From the NCBI GenBank assembly GCA_028023455.1, contig JAQFVV010000002.1:32302001-32366000 (forward strand): a stretch of 64,000 bases of DNA. The letters are read 5' to 3'. Source of the DNA: Epiperipatus broadwayi. Taxonomy: Eukaryota; Animalia; Onychophora. The notes beneath the pieces are model-generated. The model was given only the letters and a program-made list of their open reading frames with translations, was not told the DNA's origin and did not search any database. This document shows, one piece after another, positions 40,559-53,800 of the stretch (its first letter is position 1; each line of letters begins with the position of its first letter). The position numbers and the translations under genes are program-made.

Positions 40559-41030
40559 TTCTACTTGGGATGAACATCTTTTCGAGATTACGTTGCCACG
40601 GCTAATCACTGTAGGTCATATAGATGTCAAATTTACTCTTCAAGCTATGTGCACTTCTCCTCCCAATATTCAAGTGACATTACTCAGGCAGGTAACAGGT
40701 GGTCTTGGCCAGCAAAATCCTGAAGAAAGTGCAGATATTAATGGCAGCCCTATTGATGTTGATAGTACTATTGAATTTAACATCAATAATCACACACCTA
40801 GTTCAGAAAAAAATCTCGATCAAGTAAATCCCGTATTAAGTGAAGATTTTTTAAAAGCTCATAATGCAGAAATTCTGTGTGGACCAGTTGAACTAACTTC
40901 TTGTATTGATCTGAGTGGACAATCTGGCATCATAACCTTGATAAGCCCAGAACTTCTTAAAACCAAAGGACGGACATTTCTTATCCACATGAAGGCCTTA
41001 TTGTCAGAAAAAGATCTTCAGAAGAATGAG
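40559..41030 (+). CDS. BIRC6: BIRC6 exon E (STWDEHLFEITLP...GHIDVKF...ILCGPVEL...DLSG)
   Basis: aatag acceptor at 40557-40558, gag|gtaagt donor at 41031, phase 2-0. Overlaps ORF 40593-41057. Confidence 0.95.
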
Positions 41031-41674
41031 GTAAGTCCATTAGCATTTTTAATTTGATATAACAGTGAGCTATGGTATGAATGCATTATTTTTTAATCTG
41101 CCCCCCCCCCTTTTTTTTTTAATTCATTAAGAAATATTAATAATTTATTAAATTTATGTTTATGCGCTCAGAGTAAAAAATGTTGGCAATGAGGCAAAAT
41201 AAGATAGTGAATTGAAAAAGAAAACAATTCAATTTATCATTTGCCATGAATATGTATAATATATTGGTAGAAAATGCTTTTTACTCCATTAACTTATAAA
41301 TATTTTATGATTTATTTCTTTGAAATATGAACAGTAAATATTTTTAACATTATAAACTTCAGGCATATTATATATTAATAATTAACATATAAAATAACAG
41401 GTGTTAAAATCTGAACAAATAAAAATTTGAATTCCAATTTTCTATTTTTTTCATTTTTTTTCAGTCTAATAAACTTAAATGATGTTTGTTCATATTATTT
41501 AACATCAACTTTGCTTGACATTTTTTTATTAAATATATTGTTAGAAGTATTATTCTTATATCTTCTCTTTTACTTTTTTGCATTCCTTAATATATTATAT
41601 CATATATATTACTTTTAATAAATCTCCATATATACAGTCTAATGCAAAATTTTGTATATCATGTCTTTAATTTT

Positions 41675-41710
41675 CTAACAGTTTCGACTGTCCTGCAGTC
41701 TTCATCAGAG
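41675..41710 (-). ncRNA. Minimal hammerhead motif with canonical core
   Basis: Minus strand: ct-CTGATGA-a-GACTG-cagga-CAGTC-GAAA-CTGTT-ag. Helix II is a perfect 5 bp; helix I is only 2 bp. Confidence 0.6.
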
Positions 41711-41782
41711 CTTTAGCATAACCTTCCTCTTTATTTTTAATTTATATGTGATTTATAAAAAGTGACATATATATAAATATAT

Positions 41783-44640
41783 TGTTATAGCTCAACTTAT
41801 CTTCAACTAATGGACTTGTCCAGATTCTATCTTATCTAATTGGGTTGAACATTCATCACTGCAGACCAATGGATATATGAATAGAAAAGATATATCCAAT
41901 AGCAGAAGTAGGCTAATAAGTGATAATGCTTAGTAAATTCGATTGCTCTCATTATGGAAGGGATCTGGCTATAATTAGGCAGTCCATTTGGAAGTAAAGT
42001 CAGATAAATTACTGTCCAAGTGAATGGTAGTGTGCATGTTGTCTACTATATGGCTAAAATAGACACTAGAAATGGAAGTTGTTAATTATGAATCTGACAA
42101 TGACGCAAGGTGACACAATACAACTGGAAGTAGTCTATAGCTACACATGAGGCAAGTTGTCACGGTACAGTTGGAAGTGTTAGGTAAAGCTAGAAGGACA
42201 CCTGAATTCCTTCCTGCAATAGTTGCTCAACAACTAAACGTTATTCTAAAACCAACAATATCAGGCAAAGTTTTAATAATTGGGTATATTACTTATATAT
42301 TTGTATTAATAAATAATATTAAATCGTGTTTATATAAATCTGTATTTATTATATTCAAGCATAAACACAACAGATTTGGCACAGTCAGACAGTTCTGCTC
42401 TCATGAACTCAATAGATTCCCAAAACTTCCCTCTGACAGACAGCTGGAAAAAAGTGTTAAAAATGACAAGATCTAACCCCCGTGGGTTATTTAGATCTTT
42501 ATCATTAATTACAAAAAATTGTCAGCTAATATTAACATGTCAATAAAAATTAAAGAATCAAATATGAGTGGTTACTCGCTTACTAAAAATAAATTTTCTA
42601 CGATTTTTTTTTTTCACTCACAGCAAAAGAAAACAAAATCAAAATGGCTAAAATTGGCTCTATTAGAAGAGATCAATCTGGCCTATCCTGAAAATTAGCC
42701 AATATACATGGATCGAGTTCTTTTCTATATGCAAAGTAATCAAATTAAAAATCCGGAATTAAGCCAAATTTTTCGCTATCTGCAGTCGTCAGACTTATGA
42801 GATCTTATGTGTGCAAGCAGCTTCCACGCCTCTGACTGAGCTTAAAATAGGCAAAGCACTATCTCTACTGTTAGCATTTTTCTATCCAAAACACCTTATA
42901 ATAATGCAGATAATATCACAATCTCTATATACAAGGGATATCAGGAAGCTTGCATTTACCTGTGAATTTGAGAGTTTTTTTAAATGAAACTCTGAGAGGT
43001 TGTATCATTTTTGGAATGAAAAACCACAATCTTAGGGTCAGGCTGTTGATTGATCCTGATATCACATTTGATTCAGTATCTCTCAAGCAATTTTGGCAGA
43101 ATCTAGAGTAATTCAGACCTCTTCATTAAATAAAAGTAGTCCCAGCATTTAAGCTATAGAGTGGAAAACCAAATCATCTAAAAACTTTTTAATCAGAACA
43201 ATCTTAAGAGATCTACTACTAATAATAATATGAAATGTTATAGATGTGGTAAATCAAAACATGCACACACTGAATGTCAAATATGTAGATTTTGAAAGTA
43301 TATCAGTAACGTAAAAGGTGTTTGTATTAAAAACAAAAAACAAATTGCTTAGAAAAGAATGGAAGAATCCATTCTGAAAAGCTGGAAGGGCAATATAAAA
43401 TCAATGCTTGTATAAATAATGTGATGGAATTGATTTTTGCCTTCAAAACAAAATTGTCATTAATGATATGCCAATAACAATGAAACTGCATATTGAGCCT
43501 GTAGTGTCCATGAAAATACTTAGTCTGTCATTAATAGAAAACATAATCATTTCCTGCATCCCAGCAATAGGATGATTATTGATTATCAAAACAGTCTTAG
43601 GTTAAGCAAGTGTTAAAGTTACTATGCTAATAAAATAGTTTTCCCCCTTTTTGTGTCAGCTGGCAAGTATAACAATTTGGTGCAAACTCTTGGGCTTTGC
43701 AATGACTAAAGTGGACAGCTCACACAAATAAAATCAAAAGTTTCCCCAATGTGTTAGGTAATAAATTGGATTTGAACCGAAAGTGTTAAGATAGGCACCC
43801 AAATCCTATGCTGTATATTCATGGGAATCACCAAATGAATTCCAGCAGTTATGATCAAATTTAAATTGTTGAAGACAGTGGTTATTCAAACTACAGTTGA
43901 CCACCAATACCACAGGGACAGAGAACAGCTAAGATTGAATTATGGGCCACCAGCCAGCGGAGAAGAGTCTACAGGGTTCACATCACTAGATCTATAAATG
44001 AAGACACCAGACTTGCTGGTAAAAATACCATACTTACTGATGAAGTCACTGAACCTGTTAAAGTCAGGAAGAGACCAAGACAGCAACCAGAGCATTTTAG
44101 TAACTACATTCTCTAGGATTCATTTTAGTCAGGGGGAAGGGATTTTATAGCTCAACTTATCTTCAACTAATGGACTTGTTCATACTCCATCTTATTTTAA
44201 TCAGATTGAGCATTTATCACTACAGACCAATGAATGTATGACTAAATATGGTATATCCAATAGGCCAATGTGGTTAATGCTCAGTGAATCCGATTGTTCT
44301 CAAAATGGAGAGGGATTTGGTTATAAATAGACAATCTGTTTGGAGGTAAAGTCAGATAATAAATTACTGTTAGAGCTGAAAGGCAGTGTGCATGTTGTCC
44401 ACTATATGGCTAAAGTAGTGAAGCAAGCTCATTGCTAGAACTAGAAGCAGCTAGATGTAAATCTGACAAGGGGCAAGTTGTCACAATACAGTTGAAAGTG
44501 ATACCGTAACTACACACAAGGCAAGCTGTCACAATACAGCTGAAGATGTTAGGCAAACCTAGAAAAGCACCTGAGTCTTTTCTTTCAATAGTTGCATTGC
44601 AACTAGATGCCATACCTGACCAATGACATTGATGATAACA
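41783..44640 (+). mobile_element. Internally deleted Gypsy LTR retrotransposon
   Basis: 5' LTR TG..CA at 41783-42372 and PBS-like tggcacagtcag at about 42377. Gag knuckle CYRCGKSKHAHTEC (43236-43277). PPT agggggaaggga immediately before a second LTR copy starting at 44143. Confidence 0.85.
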
Positions 44641-45259
44641 GTTGTATATGTTGTAATTTTTATATGAATTTGTAATTCTTGGCAACATTTTTTTTTTTAT
44701 TGCATTTGATGTTGTAATTGCAGTATGATGGTGATTTTTTTTAAAAAAAAAAAAAACAAAACAATTAAAGCTGCAAGATTAGCCAAACTTTATTTGGGTC
44801 TTCACTTTGCTTTTCAACCATTTTAAGGAATAATTACACCATTTAAACTATAAGTAGATTTGATTTTTTTTTAAATAAAATATAGCTTTCTGGCAATTTG
44901 TTTTTGTTTTTTTAAATGGCTGAAATTAATATTTTGTAATACAAAAAAGTAATGTTGATTATTTTATGAAGTGCATTTTGTTATTTTTAATATATGTCAA
45001 TAAAAGTAAGTAACTTATCTTAATTTCCATGAGTCTTATATACATTACACAGAAATTTAAACTTCATGTGATTTGCAGTTGATTTGAATATATATGTTAA
45101 TTTAATTCACTATATTACACCAGAAAATTTAATTCAACATTTTGTCTATGTAATATATGATTTTATAAATTCTAATATTTTTAATACTCCCATAGATAAC
45201 AATAGTTTTTAAATATATGGTACCGAGTACTATGTTTTACACATAATCTCGTAATTTTT

Positions 45260-45800
45260 TAAGTGTCTGGCATTTACATTGGAACCTGGATGATTTATGT
45301 TCTTCTGTTGGTTCTATGGCTATCTTGTTTAGTATTTTTATTACTGCTTCAGCTTCACTACATTCTAACTGAATCTGTTGCTTCTTTTGAATTTCTTCAA
45401 CTTTTGTTTTCTGCATGGATGAGATTTTTCTCTGTTTACACACAACCAGACGTGCGTTTTCAACTAACTTGATCTCTATTGAGCCTGTTGATATTATACC
45501 CAATTCTTTGCTAAATAAATCTGGATATTTATTTTGAATTTCTTGTTTGAGAGAAAGTTATAAATTCTGAATGCATTTATTTTGAGAATAAGTTGGAAGC
45601 CAGGCATTTTAAAACCATTTCAATAAACTTGAAAATAGGACCATCTCTCTCATGTATATGCTAATTCACCAGTCAGACTATTTTTTGCCTGAATCAATTT
45701 TGATATGAGAGAGGTTGCCATTTGCAAATTTGTAAAAGGATTACATGCTTTGCAATCTCCAGAAAATGGTCACTATGAAAGAAAACTTTGAATAAGTTTT
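45260..45800 (-). mobile_element. Gypsy protease/RT-start remnant
   Basis: KIDSG..S, then LGIISTGSIEIKLVENAR.V..QRKI....KTKVEE. Confidence 0.5.
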
Positions 45801-45807
45801 GCATAAA

Positions 45808-45937
45808 TTACTGCCAAATTTTGTTTAAAATCTCAATGGAAGCCGACACTCCCAAGATAGGCTGTGAATATGGAGACCAAAGTTCCCCGAAAGCGCTAAG
45901 CCTTATAATTCTTTTCTAATAATACTAAGCTTCACTT
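45808..45937 (+). mobile_element. 130-bp HHR-only insertion with 11-bp TSD
   Basis: ttttgcataaa at 45797-45807 and 45938-45948 flanks a single HHR. Confidence 0.55.
45859..45903 (+). ncRNA. Minimal hammerhead motif with G3-U8 core (A3-U8 family)
   Basis: AGGCT-GTGAATA-t-ggagaccaaagttcccc-GAAA-GCGC-TA-AGCCT. Helix I is a perfect 5 bp and helix III is AGCGCU. Confidence 0.75.
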
Positions 45938-48078
45938 TTTTGCATAAAGCACAATTAAAACTAAAAGGATTCTAGAAAGTTGACTTATGGTATGGGCATT
46001 TGAAGTTTGTTATTTTATAAATATTATAATTTTGTGAATACTTGTTATTTAAGTTCAGAAATTGGAAATTGTGGTTATTCATCATTAGCACTCAGTGAAA
46101 ACAGTAGTGAATTAATTAGTATATATATTCACTTTACTAAATGTAACAGTATTACAATATTTTGCATTATTGATTTTAATTTATAGCATTATTCTTATAG
46201 AATTTTTTGAGTATTCTTGAAAAGAAGATGCCTTTCATTTGTTCAACAATAATTTATTTTTGAATAATAAATTATCAATTAATTTTTTTTTTGTCTATCT
46301 TTATTCTTCTTCTTACAAAATTATTCTGATGGTGGCACAATTCTTTTAAAGAAACTTTTATTTTAATAAATCATCCATTAGAAACAAAACTACAAAGAGA
46401 ACTAAACAATTTCATTTTGTCACATATGAACTGGTAATGCAAAATGATTAAATTAGCTATATATCGTTACTATATATAAAACATTTTGATTTCAAGTATC
46501 AAACATTCGGCATTCAAATCTTGATATCACCCATTTCAAACAAATGTATTGAGTATCCCTAGTCCAAATATAAACTTTAAACCTCAGTTAAAAATTAATA
46601 TATATGTTTTAAATTATACTTAAACACTTGGAATCTTCACTTCATCCTTTTTTCTATATGTAATATTTTTTTGTAGATATAATTTAAACTTTCCACCACA
46701 CATTCTTGAAACATTTGAGTAAAAATATTTAAAAAACAAATAACCCTCCAATACTAAATAAAAAATAAAAGACATATATATGAGATTGTAATTTGACCAA
46801 CTGAGGAGTGCTGGTTCAGCATGAAATGCACATAGTGGAGTAGTTTGTCTTTTTCAGATGTTTTTATTCATGTGTTTCAAAAACATGAGAAGTGGTCATT
46901 TTAATTATATTTGAAAACAAATCTCTTTGTGTGTGTGTATTGTATTTATATAAATGATTTGTAATATTTTTATATACATTTTTTAATAAGTAGAAATCAA
47001 TATATAGTCATTTCAAATTCTTTATTTTATGATATTTATTTTTGATATTTAATTTACAATTTGGGAGAGAAAAAAATACAATAATATATTAGAACCCAGA
47101 TGTACCCTGCCTATGTAAAGACCATCATTTTTTTAAAATTGGTTTCTTTAGCAAATTTTTTTTAAGATTTAATGTAAATTAGACAAAAGATTTATTACAG
47201 AAATAAATGTGAAAAATGTAGTCTGTCTGAAAAGCCGTCATTTTTGTAATAGTTTTTTTTAATTGGTTGCTTTAACAAATTTTTTTTTGCTTTGTGGAAT
47301 TACTTGCTTTGAATAAAATACTCTTAATCCAATCAAGCCTCTAAATTAAAATTTTTAAATATATGTTATATTTGATATGTGAATTTGGCAGCATTTATGG
47401 ACAACTTAATGATAAAATTAGCATGAACTATGTGATATCAAACTTCACGACTTCAATTATACGCTAACCAAAACTATATGTAAGTAAGTACTATAGCATC
47501 TATTTCCTCTTCTCCCTTACTAAATATCATATTTCAAACATGAATTTATATACTGTAACACATTTTCTTAGCAATTTAACTACTATATCTATTCAGTTCT
47601 GTACTATAGTTAAAAGCATATATACTGATTTTTTTCCAAACGTTTTTTATTAATGGCGGAATTACTTCCTTGGCATAAAATATGCTTCATAATAAAAATT
47701 ACAGATTATATATAATGGGTTGAATTGCTTCCTTTGCATAAAATGCTCATAATATAAATTATGGTTTGATTAGGGATAATTATTTATTCATTTTTTTTAT
47801 CGACACTGTCAAATTTGTCATTTTTGTAATTTGTTAGAGCAATCAATTTAAAAAAGTAAAGTGTTAAAACAACCATTTAAACAATGCGGACAAAATTCAT
47901 TCAGACAACAGACAAAAAAGGGGTTTTGTATAAGAGATATCTTCTATAATACTTTTAATTATTATTTATTCTATATAACTTTATTTTAATCATGTAAAGA
48001 TAAAATATATCTAAAAACATAATCTTTAAAATTATATTTTTATAACTTATCACAAATATTGTATTTTTATTTGCATAG

Positions 48079-48515
48079 GTTAACAAAATGAACAATAATT
48101 CGAATAATAGTAAAAATGGTCAAACCAAAAAAGGTGAAAAAAGGACTGCAGGTACAGTAAAAAAAGAAAAATCTGGTGTTCCAAGTCTTCAAGCAATGTT
48201 GGATCAATATTATGCATTAAGCAATGTACTGGAACGTTCTTTACCGAACAAAAAATCTGACAGCCTACGAGGTTGTGACTGGATTCAAGAAATATCTATA
48301 ACTGTTCGAAAAACTAAAAAAACAAGAATATTTAGAGAAAAATTAGAACGAAGTGCCATGTTAGAATCAAAAGTATTTCATGAAAAATTGATTTCAGTTA
48401 TTTGCAATGAATCAAATCTTGAGTTTGACCAGGAATGTTTGGAGCATCGTCAACATTTAGCATTAGATATTTTAAATTGGATCACTGCGATCCAAATGGC
48501 AGATACTAATAAAGA
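48079..48515 (+). CDS. BIRC6: BIRC6 exon F (...SLRGCDWIQEISITVRK...FHEKL...LALDILNW)
   Basis: catag acceptor at 48077-48078, ga|gtaagt donor at 48516, phase 0-2. Overlaps ORF 48088-48519. Confidence 0.93.
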
Positions 48516-50398
48516 GTAAGTAAAATAGACAATTTTTATTTCTTCTTTCCCATTCATCTTACATGACAACTTTATACTTTGTTTTTTTAGCACTATATTT
48601 TTATTTATTTTTTTAATTGAAAATTAATTTATCTTAAAATATATTTAATGTTTTATCTTTATTTCATTTTAATTACAGTGTGACTGATATCCATAGTATT
48701 GCTTATAAGGTTCCTCTGGATAATAAATTTATTGATTATATGTGATGCTATTTAATATACATAATCTAATATAAATGACAACAGTATTTAAACACTCAAT
48801 GCAATATCTATATTAATTTTTCCAATCCAGCTTTGACTTTGCAACATTCTTCTTCCAAGTTTTTTTTCTGTTCCCATTTTAAAAAATATTAAAACTTTTA
48901 TAGTATAATTGTTTTAAAATGTATATATGCACACACCTATAATATGTTTTATTTTAAAAATTAAATATTCACATTAAAACAATAAAAATGATAAATTAGA
49001 ATACTTAACTAGAGTAGTATATACTTTAAAAAAATTTAAATATGCAGATTCAGTTATATTTTTAAATTATTATCTTACAAACTGACTTACTTCATATACA
49101 ATCGACAAAAAGCATGAAAAAATCAGATTATCGCCATAACTAATAGTCTCATTCAGGTGGCCTTTGTTCTTCATATCATTCATTATTTTGATGTTATTGT
49201 TTTAAATATATTGAAACAAATTTATACTATTTTAAATTACAGTTTCACTTTTAAATTATTGAAATGTTTAAATATTAAGCATAATTCTACTATTATTCTT
49301 AAACATCGGACAATTATTTTTTAAATATAAATTTATTAAACTTTTCAATATATGATTTGCACATTAATTTAAAGATTAAATATATCTCATATAATGAATT
49401 CCCAATATATCATTTTTAAGCAAAATAGAGAAAATAAATGATAGGTACATAAAACCAATAGAATCTAAGTCTATTAAAAATTATAAATAAGAAACAATGT
49501 GTATTCATTGAAATGTAGTTCATATAAAGTATGATTTAACTGTTAACTTTAAATATGACTTAAGTATTTTAATTCAAAACCCCACGTTTATTATTTGCAA
49601 AGTATGTGCATATCTATGCAGTGGAATTCCATACAGTAAATATAATTGATTCAAGAAGTACATTTGTTGAAATGTCAGTTCAGTTCAGCAATAGATTGAA
49701 ATGCACCTCTTTCAGGCCCATAAATAAATAATCTAGAGCAAAGTTGCCACCTGACATAATTATTTAAATAGGAAAAATATAATAGAAAACTAGAAATATA
49801 AGTCTAAAATAAAATATCCGTATTGTATTTAACTTTTATGCACTGTATTTTATGTTTAAGTTTGAATTTAGTTAGCAGTATAATAGAACTTTTAAAAACA
49901 TAAACTTTTTTTATACTTATACTATCAAACCGCCATTTGATTTTATTAATTTGTATTAGTAAGAATTTCAACCTGTTAGACTATATTACAACATGAGCTA
50001 CTTAATTGGAAATTTCCTTCTCTGTGCACTTTTTATTTCATTCTTATTTTTTAAAAGGCATTCCATTTTTAACATTTAGATTTCTAAAAATGTTATTACA
50101 CTTACTTGAAATCATCTTTTCCTGAAATCCAAGTAACTTTTCTAATCCTATTTTCTAGAATATACCTAGCAGAATAATTAAAAGAAAAGAAAATACAGCA
50201 TTTTCACTGCTAAAGTTAAAAATAAATACATAACTTGATAATAAAACTCTTGATAAAATGTTAAAAAAAAGTGAAAGTTTAAGCGGAAATAACTTGAAAA
50301 GACTTGTGCACTCATGTACTATGTCAACCAGTGGTGTTTGTCATAATATTTGCATTTATTGATTCAACTATTTCATATTCAGCATTATAGCAGGAATT

Positions 50399-50878
50399 AA
50401 TGTTATATCTAGAGCTCGCAAATAAGCTCTTAAACAAGCTTTGCAGAATATTCCCAACCCCAGACCGGTTTCTGCTACTGTCCTCAGTGAGGTGCTAGGA
50501 TATTAAAGCATTAGATTAAAAATACCAGGACAAGCCCAGCACTTTATCTAATGGATAACTATTAAGTAGAAAATCTGAAATTTTCAGACATCTACTTAAA
50601 TAGCCATATGGGACTGAATCAAGTTCAGATACACCATATATTAATAACCCTAGCAATATAAAATCACCAAAGCCTTAATAGCAAAAAATAAAATTACAAA
50701 GAAATCAACTCATATGTCACATGACCTAATTTAACAAGCATCTCACTGATGAAGCCAGTAGCAGAAACTGGTCTGGGGTTGGGTTATTCTGCAAAGCTTG
50801 TTAAGAGCTTACTTGCGAGCTCTAGATATAACATTTGTAATACAAGCTTGTTAAATTAGGTCATGTTTTTTTGTAATT
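50399..50878 (+). mobile_element. Truncated PLE: inverted terminal repeat, GIY-YIG remnant, terminal repeat; 14-bp TSD
   Basis: Arms 50399-50496 and 50737-50835. The spacer reads GQAQHF....KSEIFRHL. ttatagcaggaatt is repeated at 50385-50398 and 50879-50892. Confidence 0.8.
50740..50779 (+). ncRNA. Minimal hammerhead motif (mirror copy on minus strand at 50457-50493)
   Basis: atctca-CTGATGA-agccagtagca-GAAA-ctggtc-tggggt. The mirror copy has CTGAGGA and ACCGGU. Same family as the 13115 motif. Confidence 0.7.
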
Positions 50879-53800
50879 TTATAGCAGGAATTGTTTATAT
50901 TATGTTAATAAAGCAAAATGGTCAGCCTTTTTTTATTTCTCAAAATAGTGTTGTTATTTAGTTTAAAATACATATGTTAAAAAGTGTTTACCTTTCTGAT
51001 TTAAAGAAGTAATTTGGTAGTAAAATAACCTAATTTATTTACAGTAATTATAAATAAAACAAAGAAATTGTTGTTTATATATTCGCAACTAATAGAATGC
51101 AAAATATTGAAATTAACAAATAATCATAAATATTAAATTTAAAGATAATCTTAAATATACAAAAATCCTTAGTAATATTAATTTTAAAGCCTTATGTACG
51201 AATAAAAAAGAAAAAGCTTACTCCTTTAATAAAATGTTTTTACTACGGTTTTTGTTGATACTGAAAATTTTAAGTTCTACATTTAACACACACATATTTG
51301 ATGATAGTCTTTATAAATTCAGTCTTTATTTTAATTAATTTTCATGGACATCAATGGTGATAGATAATGGAAATGGATCCCACTAATGGAAAATGCGTGG
51401 TAGTTCTTACGGCAGACTGCTTATGGCATGTTCTTATAAGCAGACTACTATGCATAATCAACATTCATATCTGATGAGTCTTGGGTTGATCAGCCATGAG
51501 GCAATTAATCTTCTGGTAGCAAATATTGTTATAATTGCTAAGTTGGATGTAGTATAGTAAAAAAAAAACACTTTTTTAAACAGTCATCAATGTAAAGCTA
51601 TTTGAAGCTATTCTGTAGGAAAATATTTTAACTAGCAGTTTTCCTTTTCTATTAAGGTTAAAGTTGCAGCAATTATTGTACTAGACTTGAAAGGCCTTAA
51701 TTCTAATGGTAACAACTACTCTACTTCTTTTCTCAGAATTTATCTGTATTACTCTCTTCTCTGGTTCTTAGACTAAAACTTGTTTTTGAGACTTACTTTA
51801 TACATTTTGCTCCGATGCAAGGACACCCTATTTTATTCTAAATCATTAATGGTATTTATTTTTGTTCCCTTAATAAACATGTTTATTGCATTGGACAAAC
51901 TAATTAATTCTGTAGTAATTTTTATATGGCATTGTTTTACAGAACACCTTTTATCTCAAATTCGAATATCAGATTTCATTTTATAATATGTTTTTGTCTT
52001 CCACGAGTTGTTTTCCAAATAACTACAAAATAATTTTCAACTGATAATAAAGAAAAAGATATCATGACTGAACTTTATAATTCTTTTTTTCTAGTTTATC
52101 CAATTTCAGTTCTATCTAATTTTTAATAAAATGTTCAAATTTTCTATCAGATTTGCCACAACAAAATGGCAAATTATTTCTTTAAGCCTCTTCAGAAAGC
52201 AAAGCTAGTGTGCTTATAAAAACTTAAACAAATTAACTATTTTCTCTTTCTTGCCCTTCATTCTATGAGTTATAATTTTACTCTTTTTAATTATCATTAG
52301 AGGGAATTTGAGCCCAGACTTCCAAGCTTTCTTCATTCCTCCATTTTATCTTATACAACTCATACATATGACCACGTACATGTGAAAAAAATCTCTGATA
52401 TATGTATTTCGTGCTGAACCAGCATTTATCATTTGGTCTGGATTATCATCTTCCACATATATGTAATCAGTGCTCAGTTTATATTAAGATAGCAAATCTT
52501 CAAACCTTAATGGATAAGCTTCAATCTTCTCCATTCTACAATTCCTCAGCCATCGATATCGTTGAAAAATCTGTTGGTGATGTGTTCAAAGCTTTTGTTT
52601 GCCAATTTTGTTGTCATACCCATGTTGATCGTAAATCACTGTCCTCTTATATGTAGGACCTTAAGACCATTTAAATATACAGAAGAAGGAATACAAATAT
52701 AGTATATGTACCATGGCTTTATTAAATCTACAAATCAGCTTTCTTTTAATTTCTTAAACCGATGTAGTTAAGTGCTGCGCATATATATCATATGCACTAC
52801 GCATATTGCATTTACGCATATAGCAACAAATAAAATTTATAAATTAATTTATTATATTTATTAAACTGGCTTTAATAATTTTGTGCCAAGGCAATTTTAT
52901 AATATAAATGATTCTACTTGCAATTGATTTGCACTGTTACAATATATATGATATGCACACATGCTTTTGTGATTCCATTCACCAAATCTTTCATTTATAT
53001 TAACGTGGGCATGAAAAGTTAATTATTTTCAAAGCCTTTTACCCTTTAACCCATATTTATTTTCAAACCACTTATTTTTAATTTGACATTTTAATTATTT
53101 TAGAACGATTAAGAAAACCTTTGCTTCTACAAATAGCTTTAATGCACCTAATTAATTATTATAATGATGTATATATGGTTTTTTTTTTAAAAAAATATTT
53201 ATTTTTCATAATTTGGATTTATCAACCCCCCATACTTTCAATACTATTATTTTTAACTGGTTATTTTGATCCTTGTAATTATAATTTTTAAATGGTTATG
53301 GGATCCTGTTTTATCTCAAATTTTTATATATTTTTTCCTTTGCTAAACTGATTCTTTAATCAAATAATGATTTAATTATTTATATAATATTTTGTCATTA
53401 TTCCAACATATCATATCAACTTTAATTATGTACTTATTTTGATACATGATAATACTTTAATCTCTGATGCCGTAGAATATCTCCTTATATTAATTGTGAC
53501 AATGAGTTTATGGGTTTGTGCAATAACATTTCCATCTTTTAACTATACGAACAGCATTTCTAACTTTATACATCTTGCCTCATCTCACCATATTTTTTTT
53601 AGGTCAAGTCCTCAAGAATTAAGAAATCAATGACAGTATCAGGCTTGGCAAATTGACACTCCTTAATTGTGATCTTTGCTTGAGGCATTATAGTTACCGA
53701 AAGAATCGTTTTGGAACTGAATTTGCACGAGGCAAGAGTTTCATCTGGCAAAGATTGTATGTTTCGGCGGTCTATTTAAGGATTCAATTGCCTGCCATAG

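Noticed and set aside
51465-51520. ctgatgagtctt...gaggc hairpin
   Set aside because: No GAAA after the stem; at best an unrecognisably decayed HHR.
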